A stretch of 25,473 bases of DNA from Acidimicrobiales bacterium. Lineage in GTDB: Bacteria; Actinomycetota; Acidimicrobiia; Acidimicrobiales; GCA-2861595. Both the position numbers and the translations under genes were made by a program. The DNA is taken from assembly GCA_050744905.1 (NCBI GenBank), contig JBOGHR010000401.1:1-25473 (forward strand), in the 5' to 3' direction. Shown here in pieces: positions 10,982 to 19,981 of this stretch (its first letter is position 1; each line of letters starts with the position of its first letter). The notes below the pieces were generated by a model. The model saw only the letters and a program-made list of their open reading frames with translations, did not search any database and was not told the DNA's origin.

Positions 10982-12048
10982 AGGTTCTCCACGTCATCGG
11001 ATCCTTGGGATTGGGTGGGGCCCAGACTCAGCTGCTTGGCCTGGTTCGCGCCGCCGCCGAGGACGGGTTCTGGGAGCCTTCAGTCTTGGCCATGGCCCCA
11101 GGCGAGTTCGAGGGGGACTTCCGTCGACTCGGCATCCCGGTCACGGTGCTACGGCGTCGAGGGAGTCCGGGTCTCGGCCGACTATTCAAGCTTAACCGGA
11201 CCATCTCGAATGGGCACTTCGACCTCGTTAACAGCCACCTGTGGCATGCGAACGCATATTCCCGTCTCGCCGTCCTTGGCCGTCGCCGTCCCCCGTACGT
11301 CGTCATTGTCGAGCACAACCTGGAGGTCCACCGACAGGCCTGGCGGCGACTGGTGGACCGCCCGCTGGCGTCTCGCGCCGATGGGTGCGTCGCCGTCACC
11401 GGGGCCATGGCGGCGTTCCTCCTGCGCATGCACCCGTTCGACAGCGCTTCGTTGACGCACATCCCTTACGCCATCGACCGTTCGGTGTTTCACCCCGAAA
11501 GCCCTCAATCCAGCCGCATCTCTCGGGTCGGAGGGCTCGGCCGTCTGGTTCCCGAAAAGGGTTGGAACGTCCTCTTGGACGCAGTCCGCCGACTCGGTGA
11601 CGAGGGGGTTGACTTGGAGGTAGAGATCGGCGGTGTCGGTCCGCTGCGTGAGCAGCTGGAGTCAGACGCAGATGGGCTCCCGGTTCGCTTCGTTGGAATG
11701 ATCCCTGCCGGCTCTGCTGTGGCCGACTGGCTTCGGACGCTCGACGCATTCGTCCTTCCGTCGCTCCATCGGGAGGCGCGGCCCGTCGTAGTCCTCGAGG
11801 CACTCGCAACCGGTCTTCCGGTGGTCGCCACGGAGATCCCGGGGATGGCGGAGACTCTCGGGGGCGGTGGCGTCGCCGTCCCGCCTGGCGACGACGAAGC
11901 GTTGGCAGCCGCGATCGTGCGAGTGCTGGACGACTCGACGGAGCGAAACCGGTCGCTAGAGGCTGCTTCCGCCATTCCGGACTTCAAGGAGCTGGCCCGC
12001 CGCTACGCCGACCTGTTCACTCGAACGGTGCAGTCCGGTGACAGATGA
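10978..12048 (+). CDS. GT4 family glycosyltransferase (probable CTG start)
   Basis: KVLHVIGSLGLGGAQ, GRLVPEKG, FVLPS, LEALATGLPVV. The conserved N-terminal strand starts upstream of the first canonical start (TTG 11005). Confidence 0.88.
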   Translation: MKVLHVIGSLGLGGAQTQLLGLVRAAAEDGFWEPSVLAMAPGEFEGDFRRLGIPVTVLRRRGSPGLGRLFKLNRTISNGHFDLVNSHLWHANAYSRLAVLGRRRPPYVVIVEHNLEVHRQAWRRLVDRPLASRADGCVAVTGAMAAFLLRMHPFDSASLTHIPYAIDRSVFHPESPQSSRISRVGGLGRLVPEKGWNVLLDAVRRLGDEGVDLEVEIGGVGPLREQLESDADGLPVRFVGMIPAGSAVADWLRTLDAFVLPSLHREARPVVVLEALATGLPVVATEIPGMAETLGGGGVAVPPGDDEALAAAIVRVLDDSTERNRSLEAASAIPDFKELARRYADLFTRTVQSGDR

Positions 12049-12067
12049 CAGGGAGCGCCGACTTGGG

Positions 12068-14185
12068 TCACGAGGGCATTCTCATGAGTGCGTGCAGCCT
12101 TCGCCAGTTGACATCCGTTGTGTAGTGGTCCCGGACGTGCGCAAGGGCGCGCTCCGCGCGGTCGCGTGCCGCAAGCGGGTCAGCCAAGACCCGACTGATA
12201 GCGTCGGCGAGCTCGTCCGCCCGCCCTGGCCTGATAATGATGCCACGGTCACTGCCGAGCAGGTCGGGAACACCCGAGACATCGGCTGCGACTACTGGCA
12301 GCCCACGTGCCATCGCCTCGATCAGCACATTGGGCACGCCGTCGCGGTCGCCAGTAGGTGTAACAACGCTTGCCAAGCAGAATACGGCGGCCGAATCGAG
12401 CTCTCGGCGGACCCTCTCCGCCGGAAGGTGTCCGGGAAAGTCGACACGACCAAGAAGGCCATATTCGCTAAGCAGGGCTTCGAGACGAGCCCTTTCTGGG
12501 CCCTCACCGATCACCGCGGCGTGCCAGTCCCCCGGCACCTCAGCGAGAGCGCGAAGAAGGACGTCGTGTCCCTTCTTCGGAACCAGCGAACCCACGGAGA
12601 TGACGCGACGCGACGTTCGTGGTCCAGTCGTCTCGACAACGAAGTCGGGTGGGACTCCCATGCGGACCACCTCGACCCGACAGCCGAACCGCCTCGCCAC
12701 GTCTTCAGCGATGCGTTCGGACTCGGCGCCGACGAAGGCAGCGGTACGGAGCTTGTGAGCGGTCAGCCGGTCGACGAACCGGTCGTCGAAGACGTCGAAG
12801 GCGTGCACCATCACGCTGTTGGGTACGCCAGACACCCGCGACAAGGCGTAGGCCGCCGTGCCGGCGAACCATGCGAAGTGGGCGTGGATCCAGGATGGTT
12901 TCGGAATGGTCGACTGAACAGCCAGACCGGAGGCTGCGGCGAACAGGTTCGCCAAAGCGGTCTGCGTCGACGACCGCATTGCGACGTCGATGAGGGTGGC
13001 TACGGTCCGGCGCGGACGGCGAGCCCCCTCAGCGAGAAGCCGAATGCTGACTCGAGCGGGTCGGAGATAGATTATAGGTGGGTCCGATCCGACCGACGCG
13101 GCCGGTCGCTTGAGGCTTAGGACGGCCACCTCCACACCGGCGGAAACAGCAGCTTCGACTTCACGCCACACAAAGGTCTGCGTGGGGGCCCTCCACTGCG
13201 ACACCGCGAACAGGGTGACGCCGACCGCGCGGCGATCCGGTGACACATTGTCACGGGTCGCCCGCCTACCGACACCAATCTCCGCGCGCACTGCCACGGG
13301 TACCCCGCGGCGTGGCGTGTTGCGCACTCGCTTCGCGATTCGACGGGCGGCGACTGCCGAATGCACGGCAGGCTCGGCGAGCATCCTGAGGGCCGTCCAT
13401 CCGACCACCTCTCGCAGGTCACTCGGTGGCAGAATATACTCATGGCCGAGTTCCAATCGACCCAGCTCGAGAGCGGGTTGGGCGGCCAAGGGACCAGCGA
13501 ACAGTTCCGGCCACTCAGAGCGCTGGAATGCGTCAAACTCGGCGCCCTCCTCCGCCGTCCCCACGGCGAACGAGGGACCGTAAAGCTCGACCTCGCGTGC
13601 GCAGGCTGCGGCGTACCAAATCGCAGTCCCAACTCGATTCGACACTACGCGCGCGTGTCGCTGGATCTCGGATCGCTGTCTATGGAGGAACTGCGGGTCG
13701 TCCCGCCGGCCATGGGTTACGACGCGGAAGCCCACCTCCTCATATGACCGGCGCAACGGCATGTTTGCGAAGTCCAACCAATAGAGACAGACGGATACTT
13801 CGCCCTTTTCCCGCTCCCTTACGGCCTCGATCACGGCTTGGTGGGAGCCAAGAGCGTGCTCCTCCGGAGCGTTGTGGAAAGGGTAGACGAGCGTGGACGT
13901 TCGGGCGGGGGACTCCTTGTTGGTTCTCAGTAGGCGGTCGAGGTAGAGGAACGGTGCTCCGATTGCGATGTACCGGCTAGCCCCTAGACGTTGTCCCTCC
14001 GCAAGGTTCCGCCACGACCATACGAGCTTGGGGAAGTGTCTTGACAGTCGATAGCGATCCGGGTACCCACGTCCAGGGTGCCATCCGTGCTGCAAATAGC
14101 CCCAAATCGGGGGTGCGGGTGAGCGGAGGCCAGCGTAGGCAGCGAGGATTTCTCGGTGTCCATAGTAGCCGTTGTCGACGTTCAC
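12068..14185 (-). CDS. Fusion: uncharacterised N-terminal domain (~aa 1-290) + GT4 (WcaL-like) glycosyltransferase
   Basis: Single 705-aa ORF. C-half: TQTFVWREV, IHAHFA, HAFDVF, SVGSLVPKKG, DRDGVPNVLIEAMA. N-half: YYGH, WGYLQHGW, IGAPFLY, LVYPFH, VCLYW; no family I can name. Confidence 0.8.
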   Translation of the reverse strand: MNVDNGYYGHREILAAYAGLRSPAPPIWGYLQHGWHPGRGYPDRYRLSRHFPKLVWSWRNLAEGQRLGASRYIAIGAPFLYLDRLLRTNKESPARTSTLVYPFHNAPEEHALGSHQAVIEAVREREKGEVSVCLYWLDFANMPLRRSYEEVGFRVVTHGRRDDPQFLHRQRSEIQRHARVVSNRVGTAIWYAAACAREVELYGPSFAVGTAEEGAEFDAFQRSEWPELFAGPLAAQPALELGRLELGHEYILPPSDLREVVGWTALRMLAEPAVHSAVAARRIAKRVRNTPRRGVPVAVRAEIGVGRRATRDNVSPDRRAVGVTLFAVSQWRAPTQTFVWREVEAAVSAGVEVAVLSLKRPAASVGSDPPIIYLRPARVSIRLLAEGARRPRRTVATLIDVAMRSSTQTALANLFAAASGLAVQSTIPKPSWIHAHFAWFAGTAAYALSRVSGVPNSVMVHAFDVFDDRFVDRLTAHKLRTAAFVGAESERIAEDVARRFGCRVEVVRMGVPPDFVVETTGPRTSRRVISVGSLVPKKGHDVLLRALAEVPGDWHAAVIGEGPERARLEALLSEYGLLGRVDFPGHLPAERVRRELDSAAVFCLASVVTPTGDRDGVPNVLIEAMARGLPVVAADVSGVPDLLGSDRGIIIRPGRADELADAISRVLADPLAARDRAERALAHVRDHYTTDVNWRRLHALMRMPS

Positions 14186-14201
14186 AGACGGACGAGTCTA
14201 G

Positions 14202-15647
14202 TCATGCTCCCTTCTGGCGTGAACCAGTTGGATCTACGAGGCGGCGAATGCGCATTAGTGCCATGGCCACGAAGCCGAGCGCCGCGAGAAACCTTACGGC
14301 CACCCACGCTCCGGTGGCGGGGAGAGCCGCACCTAGGGCGACGAGACATGCTGCCACAACCCAGGTCCGTGCGTCTTCCCGCAGGTTCCATTGGACAGCG
14401 GCCAGTCGGGACGCTCGCCGGTGCACGAGCGTGGCTTGCGCTGCATAGGTCGCCACGGTCACGCCCGCCGCACCTGGAAGTCCGGCCACTGGAAGGACGA
14501 GTAGGTTGAGGACAATGTTCCCGACCGCTGTGAGCGGGGTGATGACGGCAAGTGCGCGGGTCCGAGTGGTTTGGAAGAGCACGTGTACGCGCGACAGGTA
14601 GACAACGTAGGGCACGACGGCGAGCGCTACGATGGCGGCCGTAATCCCCATTGTGCGATGACCATAATCAGGCGGAGCCGCTACGCGGACTACCAGCGGC
14701 GCTGCGAAGGCGAGACCCGCGGCGGAAAGCGTGGCCAGGTGAGACAACGCGGTCGATGTGGCGGCAAGCTCTTGCCAGCGTCGCTCCGGCGACGCTCCGT
14801 AGACCAGTGGCGCCCATGCGTTGTTGAGTGCGGTTAGGGCAACGAGGCCGAGAGTTCCCAATGCATAGGCGACCTGATAGCGTCCGACGGCGCCGAGCCC
14901 ATGAAGGCGTTCGATAAGGACCCGGTCACCAGCAGAAAGGAGGGATAGACCGAGCACATGGGGAACGGTAGGCAGACCGACGGCAAGAGCGGCGCGAAGG
15001 GGCCTCCGATCGATGAGGACCCGGGCGCTCAGACCGGTGAATCCGACGGCGAGCACTGCGGCGAGAGAGGAGCCGATCAAGTAGCCGAGGAGGTACCGGA
15101 CCGCGGAACGATCGGGATCGGTGAGCAGTAAGGCAATGCCGACGACCTGGGCGCCGACCGTCCCGAGGAGCGCTATGACAACAAATCTAACTGCCTGCCG
15201 TTGGGCTTGAAACACCGATAGTGTCGCCGTGAGCACTGCAAGAGGGACGGCTGTCAGGACGGCGGTCTGAGCCGCGCGTCCGTACTCCAGTTCTCGGAAG
15301 ACGCCGGTCCAGAACGGGCCGGTAAGATGGGCAACGCCCGCAGCAGGAAGGGCGAACATGAAGACCGCGAGCACGATTCCGCGCGCGTGTTCTCCGCCGT
15401 CAGGGTCAAAGATAATCCTAGTCAATGCAGCGGGAAGCCCGACGGCGGCGACCAATGCCAGAAGTTGGACAACCACCAGCGCTGCGGCAACAGTTCCGAA
15501 GTCTGCGGGGGTCAACGACCGGGTGAGGATCGGAACGACGAGAAGTCCGCCGAGCAACTGGAGCAGGCGCCCGACTGTGTAGAGGCCGCCCGCTCCGAGG
15601 AGCGCACGAGCCGATTCCGAACTCAGCGGGGATTGCGCCGGCTTCAC
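14202..15647 (-). CDS. wzx: Wzx-type polysaccharide flippase (MOP superfamily)
   Basis: 481 aa with many TM segments; VPILTRSLTPADFG, DRVLI...VGRYQVAY, NIVLNLLVLP..GLPGAA. Confidence 0.85.
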   Translation of the reverse strand: MKPAQSPLSSESARALLGAGGLYTVGRLLQLLGGLLVVPILTRSLTPADFGTVAAALVVVQLLALVAAVGLPAALTRIIFDPDGGEHARGIVLAVFMFALPAAGVAHLTGPFWTGVFRELEYGRAAQTAVLTAVPLAVLTATLSVFQAQRQAVRFVVIALLGTVGAQVVGIALLLTDPDRSAVRYLLGYLIGSSLAAVLAVGFTGLSARVLIDRRPLRAALAVGLPTVPHVLGLSLLSAGDRVLIERLHGLGAVGRYQVAYALGTLGLVALTALNNAWAPLVYGASPERRWQELAATSTALSHLATLSAAGLAFAAPLVVRVAAPPDYGHRTMGITAAIVALAVVPYVVYLSRVHVLFQTTRTRALAVITPLTAVGNIVLNLLVLPVAGLPGAAGVTVATYAAQATLVHRRASRLAAVQWNLREDARTWVVAACLVALGAALPATGAWVAVRFLAALGFVAMALMRIRRLVDPTGSRQKGA

Positions 15648-16273
15648 GGTTCCGGTTCAAGAGTCCGCTCTAGGACCCAATAGGTGATATCGTCCCAGCC
15701 ATCATTGCGCCCGAGGAAACCAGAGTCGACAAGGCGGAGGTCACTGAAATGCTCAAGGAATAGCGAGCCATAGTCGCGCTTGAATAGTGCTCCTTGCTGG
15801 CCGCGGTACGGGACCTCGATAGTGTCGGGTGCGAAGTACTCTCCAACGACCAGCCGCCGGCGAGTGCACCGGTACATCTCGCCCATGACGCTGAGCAAGG
15901 ACGCGTTTGGCTGGTGGATCAGTACGCCCATCGTGAAGACCAGGTCGAAGGAGCTGCTCCGGAAGGGCAACTTCCGTGCCGCTCCGACCGCCGCCCCCAC
16001 GTTCGGCAGCTCTCCGCGCAGGGACGTCAGCGCCTTCCAGTTGACGTCAACTCCGATCACGCGTTCGACCGCGCCCCGCATCCACCTGAGGTTGCCACCG
16101 ATGCTGCAGCCCACCTCTAGCACGCTCGTCGGTCCAAGCTCTTGGATCAGACAACCCCAGAACTCAGTCCGGTGGTCGAAAGCAGTGTTTCGTTCTACAT
16201 AGTCGTCGCCGAAGCGACTTGCCCAGAGCCGCTCGAGCCGGCGTGCCTCGAAGGCGTCGTCCCGCTCCGTCAC
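15644..16273 (-). CDS. Pseudaminic acid biosynthesis-associated SAM methylase
   Basis: GTG 16273; LWASRFGDDYVERN, VLEVGCSIGGNL, FDLVFTMGVLIH, EYF, YRG...LFKRDYG, DDITYW. Confidence 0.88.
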   Translation of the reverse strand: MTERDDAFEARRLERLWASRFGDDYVERNTAFDHRTEFWGCLIQELGPTSVLEVGCSIGGNLRWMRGAVERVIGVDVNWKALTSLRGELPNVGAAVGAARKLPFRSSSFDLVFTMGVLIHQPNASLLSVMGEMYRCTRRRLVVGEYFAPDTIEVPYRGQQGALFKRDYGSLFLEHFSDLRLVDSGFLGRNDGWDDITYWVLERTLEPEP

Positions 16274-16277
16274 GGCA

Positions 16278-17033
16278 TCACAATCGCACAGGGACGCCCC
16301 GAGAGCGCAGGTGCTCCTTGGCGCCCATCGGCGTGAGGTGAGTGAACAGGAAGATGCTCGCTGCGGCAACTGCGCTGGCGCCGGCGACGAGCGCATCTGT
16401 CATGTCCTCGTAGCTACCCGCCCCGCCCGAGGCGATGACCGGTATGGACACTGCGTCGCAGACGCGACGGAGCGTTTCAAGGTCGTAGCCCTCCATGGTC
16501 CCGTCCTGGTCGATCGACGTCAGGAGCACCTCGCCGGCGCCGAGGGCCTCAAGCTCCGAGGCCACGGCGACCGGGTCGCGACCGGTGTCCTCCCGGCCGC
16601 ACCGGATCCGGACGGTCGGCACCGATCCGTTCGACGTCGCCGTGTCGACCGCCACCACGACACACTGGCTCCCAAACCGCGACGCAGCTTGGGCCACGAC
16701 ATCCGGTGTGGTCACCGCGGCGGTTCCGATCACCACCTTGTCGGCGCCCACTTGGAGCAGCCGCCGGAAGTCATCGACCGAACGCACACCGCCTCCGACC
16801 GCCATCGGCATGAAGCAGTCGTCGGCCAGGTCATCGATCAGCGTGAAGTCGGGGGAACTGCCGCCCGGCGTCGCCGCCACGTCGAGGAAGGCGATCTCGT
16901 CGACACTGCGCATGTTGTAGACCTTGATTGCCTGCATGGCGCCTCCGACGTGCCGCCACGAGTCGAACCGCACACCCTTGACCAGTCCGAAGTCGCGATA
17001 GAGCAATGTCGGGATGACGCGGACCTTCAGCAC
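16278..17033 (-). CDS. HisF-like cyclase subunit (WbuZ/HisF2 type) of a sugar amidotransferase module
   Basis: GTG 17033; LKVRVIPTLL, LVKG, VGGGVRS, GADKV, GAGEVLLTSIDQDGTMEGYD, IPVIASGG; adjacent to HisH-like and WbuX-like genes. Confidence 0.9.
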   Translation of the reverse strand: MLKVRVIPTLLYRDFGLVKGVRFDSWRHVGGAMQAIKVYNMRSVDEIAFLDVAATPGGSSPDFTLIDDLADDCFMPMAVGGGVRSVDDFRRLLQVGADKVVIGTAAVTTPDVVAQAASRFGSQCVVVAVDTATSNGSVPTVRIRCGREDTGRDPVAVASELEALGAGEVLLTSIDQDGTMEGYDLETLRRVCDAVSIPVIASGGAGSYEDMTDALVAGASAVAAASIFLFTHLTPMGAKEHLRSRGVPVRL

Positions 17034-17034
17034 G

Positions 17035-17655
17035 TCATTGATCGAGGAAGTTGCGAAGGAGCCGCAGGCCGACCCTCTGGCTCTTCTCCGGATGGAACTG
17101 GACGGCGTGGACGTTCCCGTGCCCAACGGCAGACGTGAAGCCCCCGCAGTATGGCGTCGTCGCAGCCACGTCGTCTTCCGATGCGCAGACCACGTGGTAG
17201 CTGTGGACGAAGTAGAAGTCGCTCGCCGGCTCGATCCCATCGAACAACGGGGAGTCGCCGTGGGGGACGACCTCGTTCCACCCGACGTGCGGGACTTGCC
17301 GGTCCTGCGCGGTCGGCGTGAGCCGGCGCACGGCAGCGTCGATCCAGCCGAGGCCTTCCGTGGGCCCGCCCTCGAAGCCGACGGCGGCCAGGAGCTGCAT
17401 GCCGAGGCAGATACCGAGGAACGGAGCGCCTTCGACGACGACCTGCTCGTAGAGGCTCTTGTCGAGTCCTCGCTCCCTGAGTTGCCGCATCGCGTCTGGA
17501 AATGCTCCGACGCCGGGAAGGATGATGTGCCCGGCAGCGGCCACCTGCGCCGGGTCGTTCGTCACCACGACCGAGCGGCCACCGCACTCCTCGACGGCCC
17601 GGCGGACCGAGTCGAGGTTGCACATCCCGTAGTCGACGATGGCGACCGTGCTCAT
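17035..17655 (-). CDS. HisH-like glutamine amidotransferase (WbuY type)
   Basis: IVDYGMCNL, ILPGVGAF, LGICLGMQ, PHVGWN, YFVHSY, QFHPEKS; TGATG overlap with the upstream gene. Confidence 0.92.
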   Translation of the reverse strand: MSTVAIVDYGMCNLDSVRRAVEECGGRSVVVTNDPAQVAAAGHIILPGVGAFPDAMRQLRERGLDKSLYEQVVVEGAPFLGICLGMQLLAAVGFEGGPTEGLGWIDAAVRRLTPTAQDRQVPHVGWNEVVPHGDSPLFDGIEPASDFYFVHSYHVVCASEDDVAATTPYCGGFTSAVGHGNVHAVQFHPEKSQRVGLRLLRNFLDQ

Positions 17656-18812
17656 CAGCCCGGCACGTTGTCGTAGTTCACCTTCACGAGGTTGCCTTCG
17701 TCGTCGCGCTCGGGCTCGCCGTGACGGTCGCAGACGAAGAGCTTCTTGTTGGTGAAGCGGTTGCAGATGGCCTGGAACTCGTCCAGCGAGACGCCGATCT
17801 CTCCCAGGACCTCCTCGAGGGGGTATCCGAGGTAGGTGGACGGGAAGCGCCCGTCGTGCTTGCGTACGATCTTGAGGGCGTCGTTCCGGGAGAGCCGGCC
17901 TCGCCGGACGTGCATACACGCCAGGTCGGTCGCCCGGCCGAAGCCGTACTTCAGGAACTTGAAGTAGTCGTGGATGCCGGTCTGGACGTTGTCGAGGTTC
18001 TCGTAGTCCACGATGGACCCCTCCACCGGCCTTCCGTACGTCTCGAACCCGTGGGCCTGGGCGAACAGGGCGTTGCCGAGGCCGTCCCACGGAAGGAAGT
18101 AACCGAGGAAGATCCCGGTGACGCCCACGTCGCTCAACTCGGCGTCGCTCGGGTAGGTGTACTGGATCAGGTGTCTCGCGTCGATGCTGTCCTGACCGAC
18201 AAGGTCGCTTACGCGCAGCCCGAGAAGCCCGCCGAACTCCTCCAGCCACCGCCGCGTGAGCACATTGTCCTCGGCGGCCGCCGCCGGCCCCCCGTACTCG
18301 TTCTGGGAGTTCTCGCCCCAGACGATCAGCGGGACTCGCATCTGCACCGCAACACGGACCGGGATGGTGAAGATGGCGACGTGCTCCGGCCACGAGATGT
18401 CACCAACTTGGCGGAGCGCGAGGCGATTGATGCGCCGTCGGACGACCGGGTTGGTGGAGACCTCGACGTAGTCGACGCCCTGGCGCTTGACGTTCTCGAT
18501 GTTCCGGCGACCGATGTCCGAGAGCTTGTCGGTCGTGGCGGTGACGCAGATCGGGTTCATCCCGAGCTCGAGCATGCGGATGGTCTGATACGTGCTGTCC
18601 TTGCCACCGCTGACCGGGATCACGCAGTCGTAGTTGGTCCCGTTCATCGATCGGTAGCGTTCGAGGATCTCGAGCAGTTGCTGCCGGCGCTCGTCCCAGT
18701 CGACCTCGATCCGAGCATCGAAGTTCCGGCACGCGCTGCACACGCCCTCGGCGTCGAAGCGGAGGTCCGGCTTTGTCTCCGGCATGACGCATCGTCGGCA
18801 GTAGCGGATCAT
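17655..18812 (-). CDS. N-acetyl sugar amidotransferase (PseA/WbuX family)
   Basis: YCRRCVMPETKP, CSAC, YDCVIPVSGGKDS (PP-loop), WGEN, KFLKYGFGRA. Confidence 0.92.
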   Translation of the reverse strand: MIRYCRRCVMPETKPDLRFDAEGVCSACRNFDARIEVDWDERRQQLLEILERYRSMNGTNYDCVIPVSGGKDSTYQTIRMLELGMNPICVTATTDKLSDIGRRNIENVKRQGVDYVEVSTNPVVRRRINRLALRQVGDISWPEHVAIFTIPVRVAVQMRVPLIVWGENSQNEYGGPAAAAEDNVLTRRWLEEFGGLLGLRVSDLVGQDSIDARHLIQYTYPSDAELSDVGVTGIFLGYFLPWDGLGNALFAQAHGFETYGRPVEGSIVDYENLDNVQTGIHDYFKFLKYGFGRATDLACMHVRRGRLSRNDALKIVRKHDGRFPSTYLGYPLEEVLGEIGVSLDEFQAICNRFTNKKLFVCDRHGEPERDDEGNLVKVNYDNVPG

Positions 18813-19981
18813 CGCTGGGCGTCCTCCCGGTCGGTCACCATTTTCGCCCACGACAGGAGGCTGAACCCGCCACGGGTCGCAACAGGCACGAACCCAGCGC
18901 GGGCGAACAGTCGGAGCGAGGCGGCGTTGTCCTCCCGCACCAGCGCCGTCAGTCGCACGACCTGGAAGTCGCCGGCGAGCTCGCGCTGGAGGAGATCCAG
19001 CATCCGACCGGCGATCCCCTGCCTCCGCGCCTCTTCCGCCACCGCGATGCTCACCGCACCAACGGCGTCCTCGACGTCGATGCGAACCGTTCCGAGGCCG
19101 TTGCCGTCCCGGTCGGCGATCCAGATGCGGGACGCGGGGTCCTCCAGGCGTGCGGCGAACCAGGAGCGGTGGTCGACCGGCTGCACTGGCCGGCCAGAGG
19201 TGCTGAACCGGACGGCGTCCGGATCGTTCCTCCAGGCGAGCACGGCAGAAGCGTCCCCCGCCTCGGCGGGCCGCAGCCGGAGCTCACCCTGCCTGGGAGT
19301 GGCACGACGGCCTGTAAGGGCGAGGATCTCACGCCACCCCGCCCTGGTGCGGCCCCCGATCCGTTCGACGATCTGGCGCAGGGCTGCCAGGTCGTCGGCC
19401 GTGTCCACGGTCCATCGCTCCTTGCCGAGGTCGTGCCCGGAACGGAGGTTGGCGAGGGTGAAGCGCTCCGGATGCCGGTACAGGAACGGCGTGACGTGCT
19501 CGCGCTCGGGCAGGTCGACGGCCTCTCGGGCGGCCTTGCGGAGGGCACTGGCGGTCGCGACCTCGACATCGAGCCCCCTCGGAAAGGTCCGTGGGAGCAC
19601 GTTGCAGGTGTAGTCGGCGCCGCGCCGTCGGTGCAGGGCGAGGACGGCCTCGACCAGGTCGGGGTCGGCGAGCGGGCAGTCCGCCGTGAGGCGCACGACG
19701 TCGTCCGCCGGATGGGCGTGGAGCACGGTCGTGAACCGGGCCAGCACGTCGGTCTCGGGTCCCCGGATGCACTCGACGCCACACTCCACCGCCAGCGCGG
19801 CGACGGCTTCGTCGCGGTCCAGGGTGGAGGTCGCCACCACGACGGGACCCGACCGCAGGCTGGACAACCGGTCGAGCATGAACGACAGGAGTGGGCGACC
19901 ACCGAGGTCCTGGAGCACCTTTCCCGGGAGCCTGCTCGACCCCGTGCGAGCCTGGACGACACAAACGGCGGAGCCGCTCAC
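18809..19981 (-). CDS. SpsF/PseF-like cytidylyltransferase fused to a C-terminal GNAT acetyltransferase (PseH-like)
   Basis: GTG 19981; VQARTGSSRLPGKVL, DVLARF, VRLTADCPL, EREHVTP, WTVDT..D; then LRLRPA...WRNDP, RRQGIA, NAASLRLF..AGF. Confidence 0.88.
   Translation of the reverse strand: MSGSAVCVVQARTGSSRLPGKVLQDLGGRPLLSFMLDRLSSLRSGPVVVATSTLDRDEAVAALAVECGVECIRGPETDVLARFTTVLHAHPADDVVRLTADCPLADPDLVEAVLALHRRRGADYTCNVLPRTFPRGLDVEVATASALRKAAREAVDLPEREHVTPFLYRHPERFTLANLRSGHDLGKERWTVDTADDLAALRQIVERIGGRTRAGWREILALTGRRATPRQGELRLRPAEAGDASAVLAWRNDPDAVRFSTSGRPVQPVDHRSWFAARLEDPASRIWIADRDGNGLGTVRIDVEDAVGAVSIAVAEEARRQGIAGRMLDLLQRELAGDFQVVRLTALVREDNAASLRLFARAGFVPVATRGGFSLLSWAKMVTDREDAQR

Noticed and set aside
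16278..17655. Histidine biosynthesis hisH/hisF
   Set aside because: Embedded in the pse operon next to a PseA/WbuX gene, with no other his genes; better read as sugar-modification paralogues.
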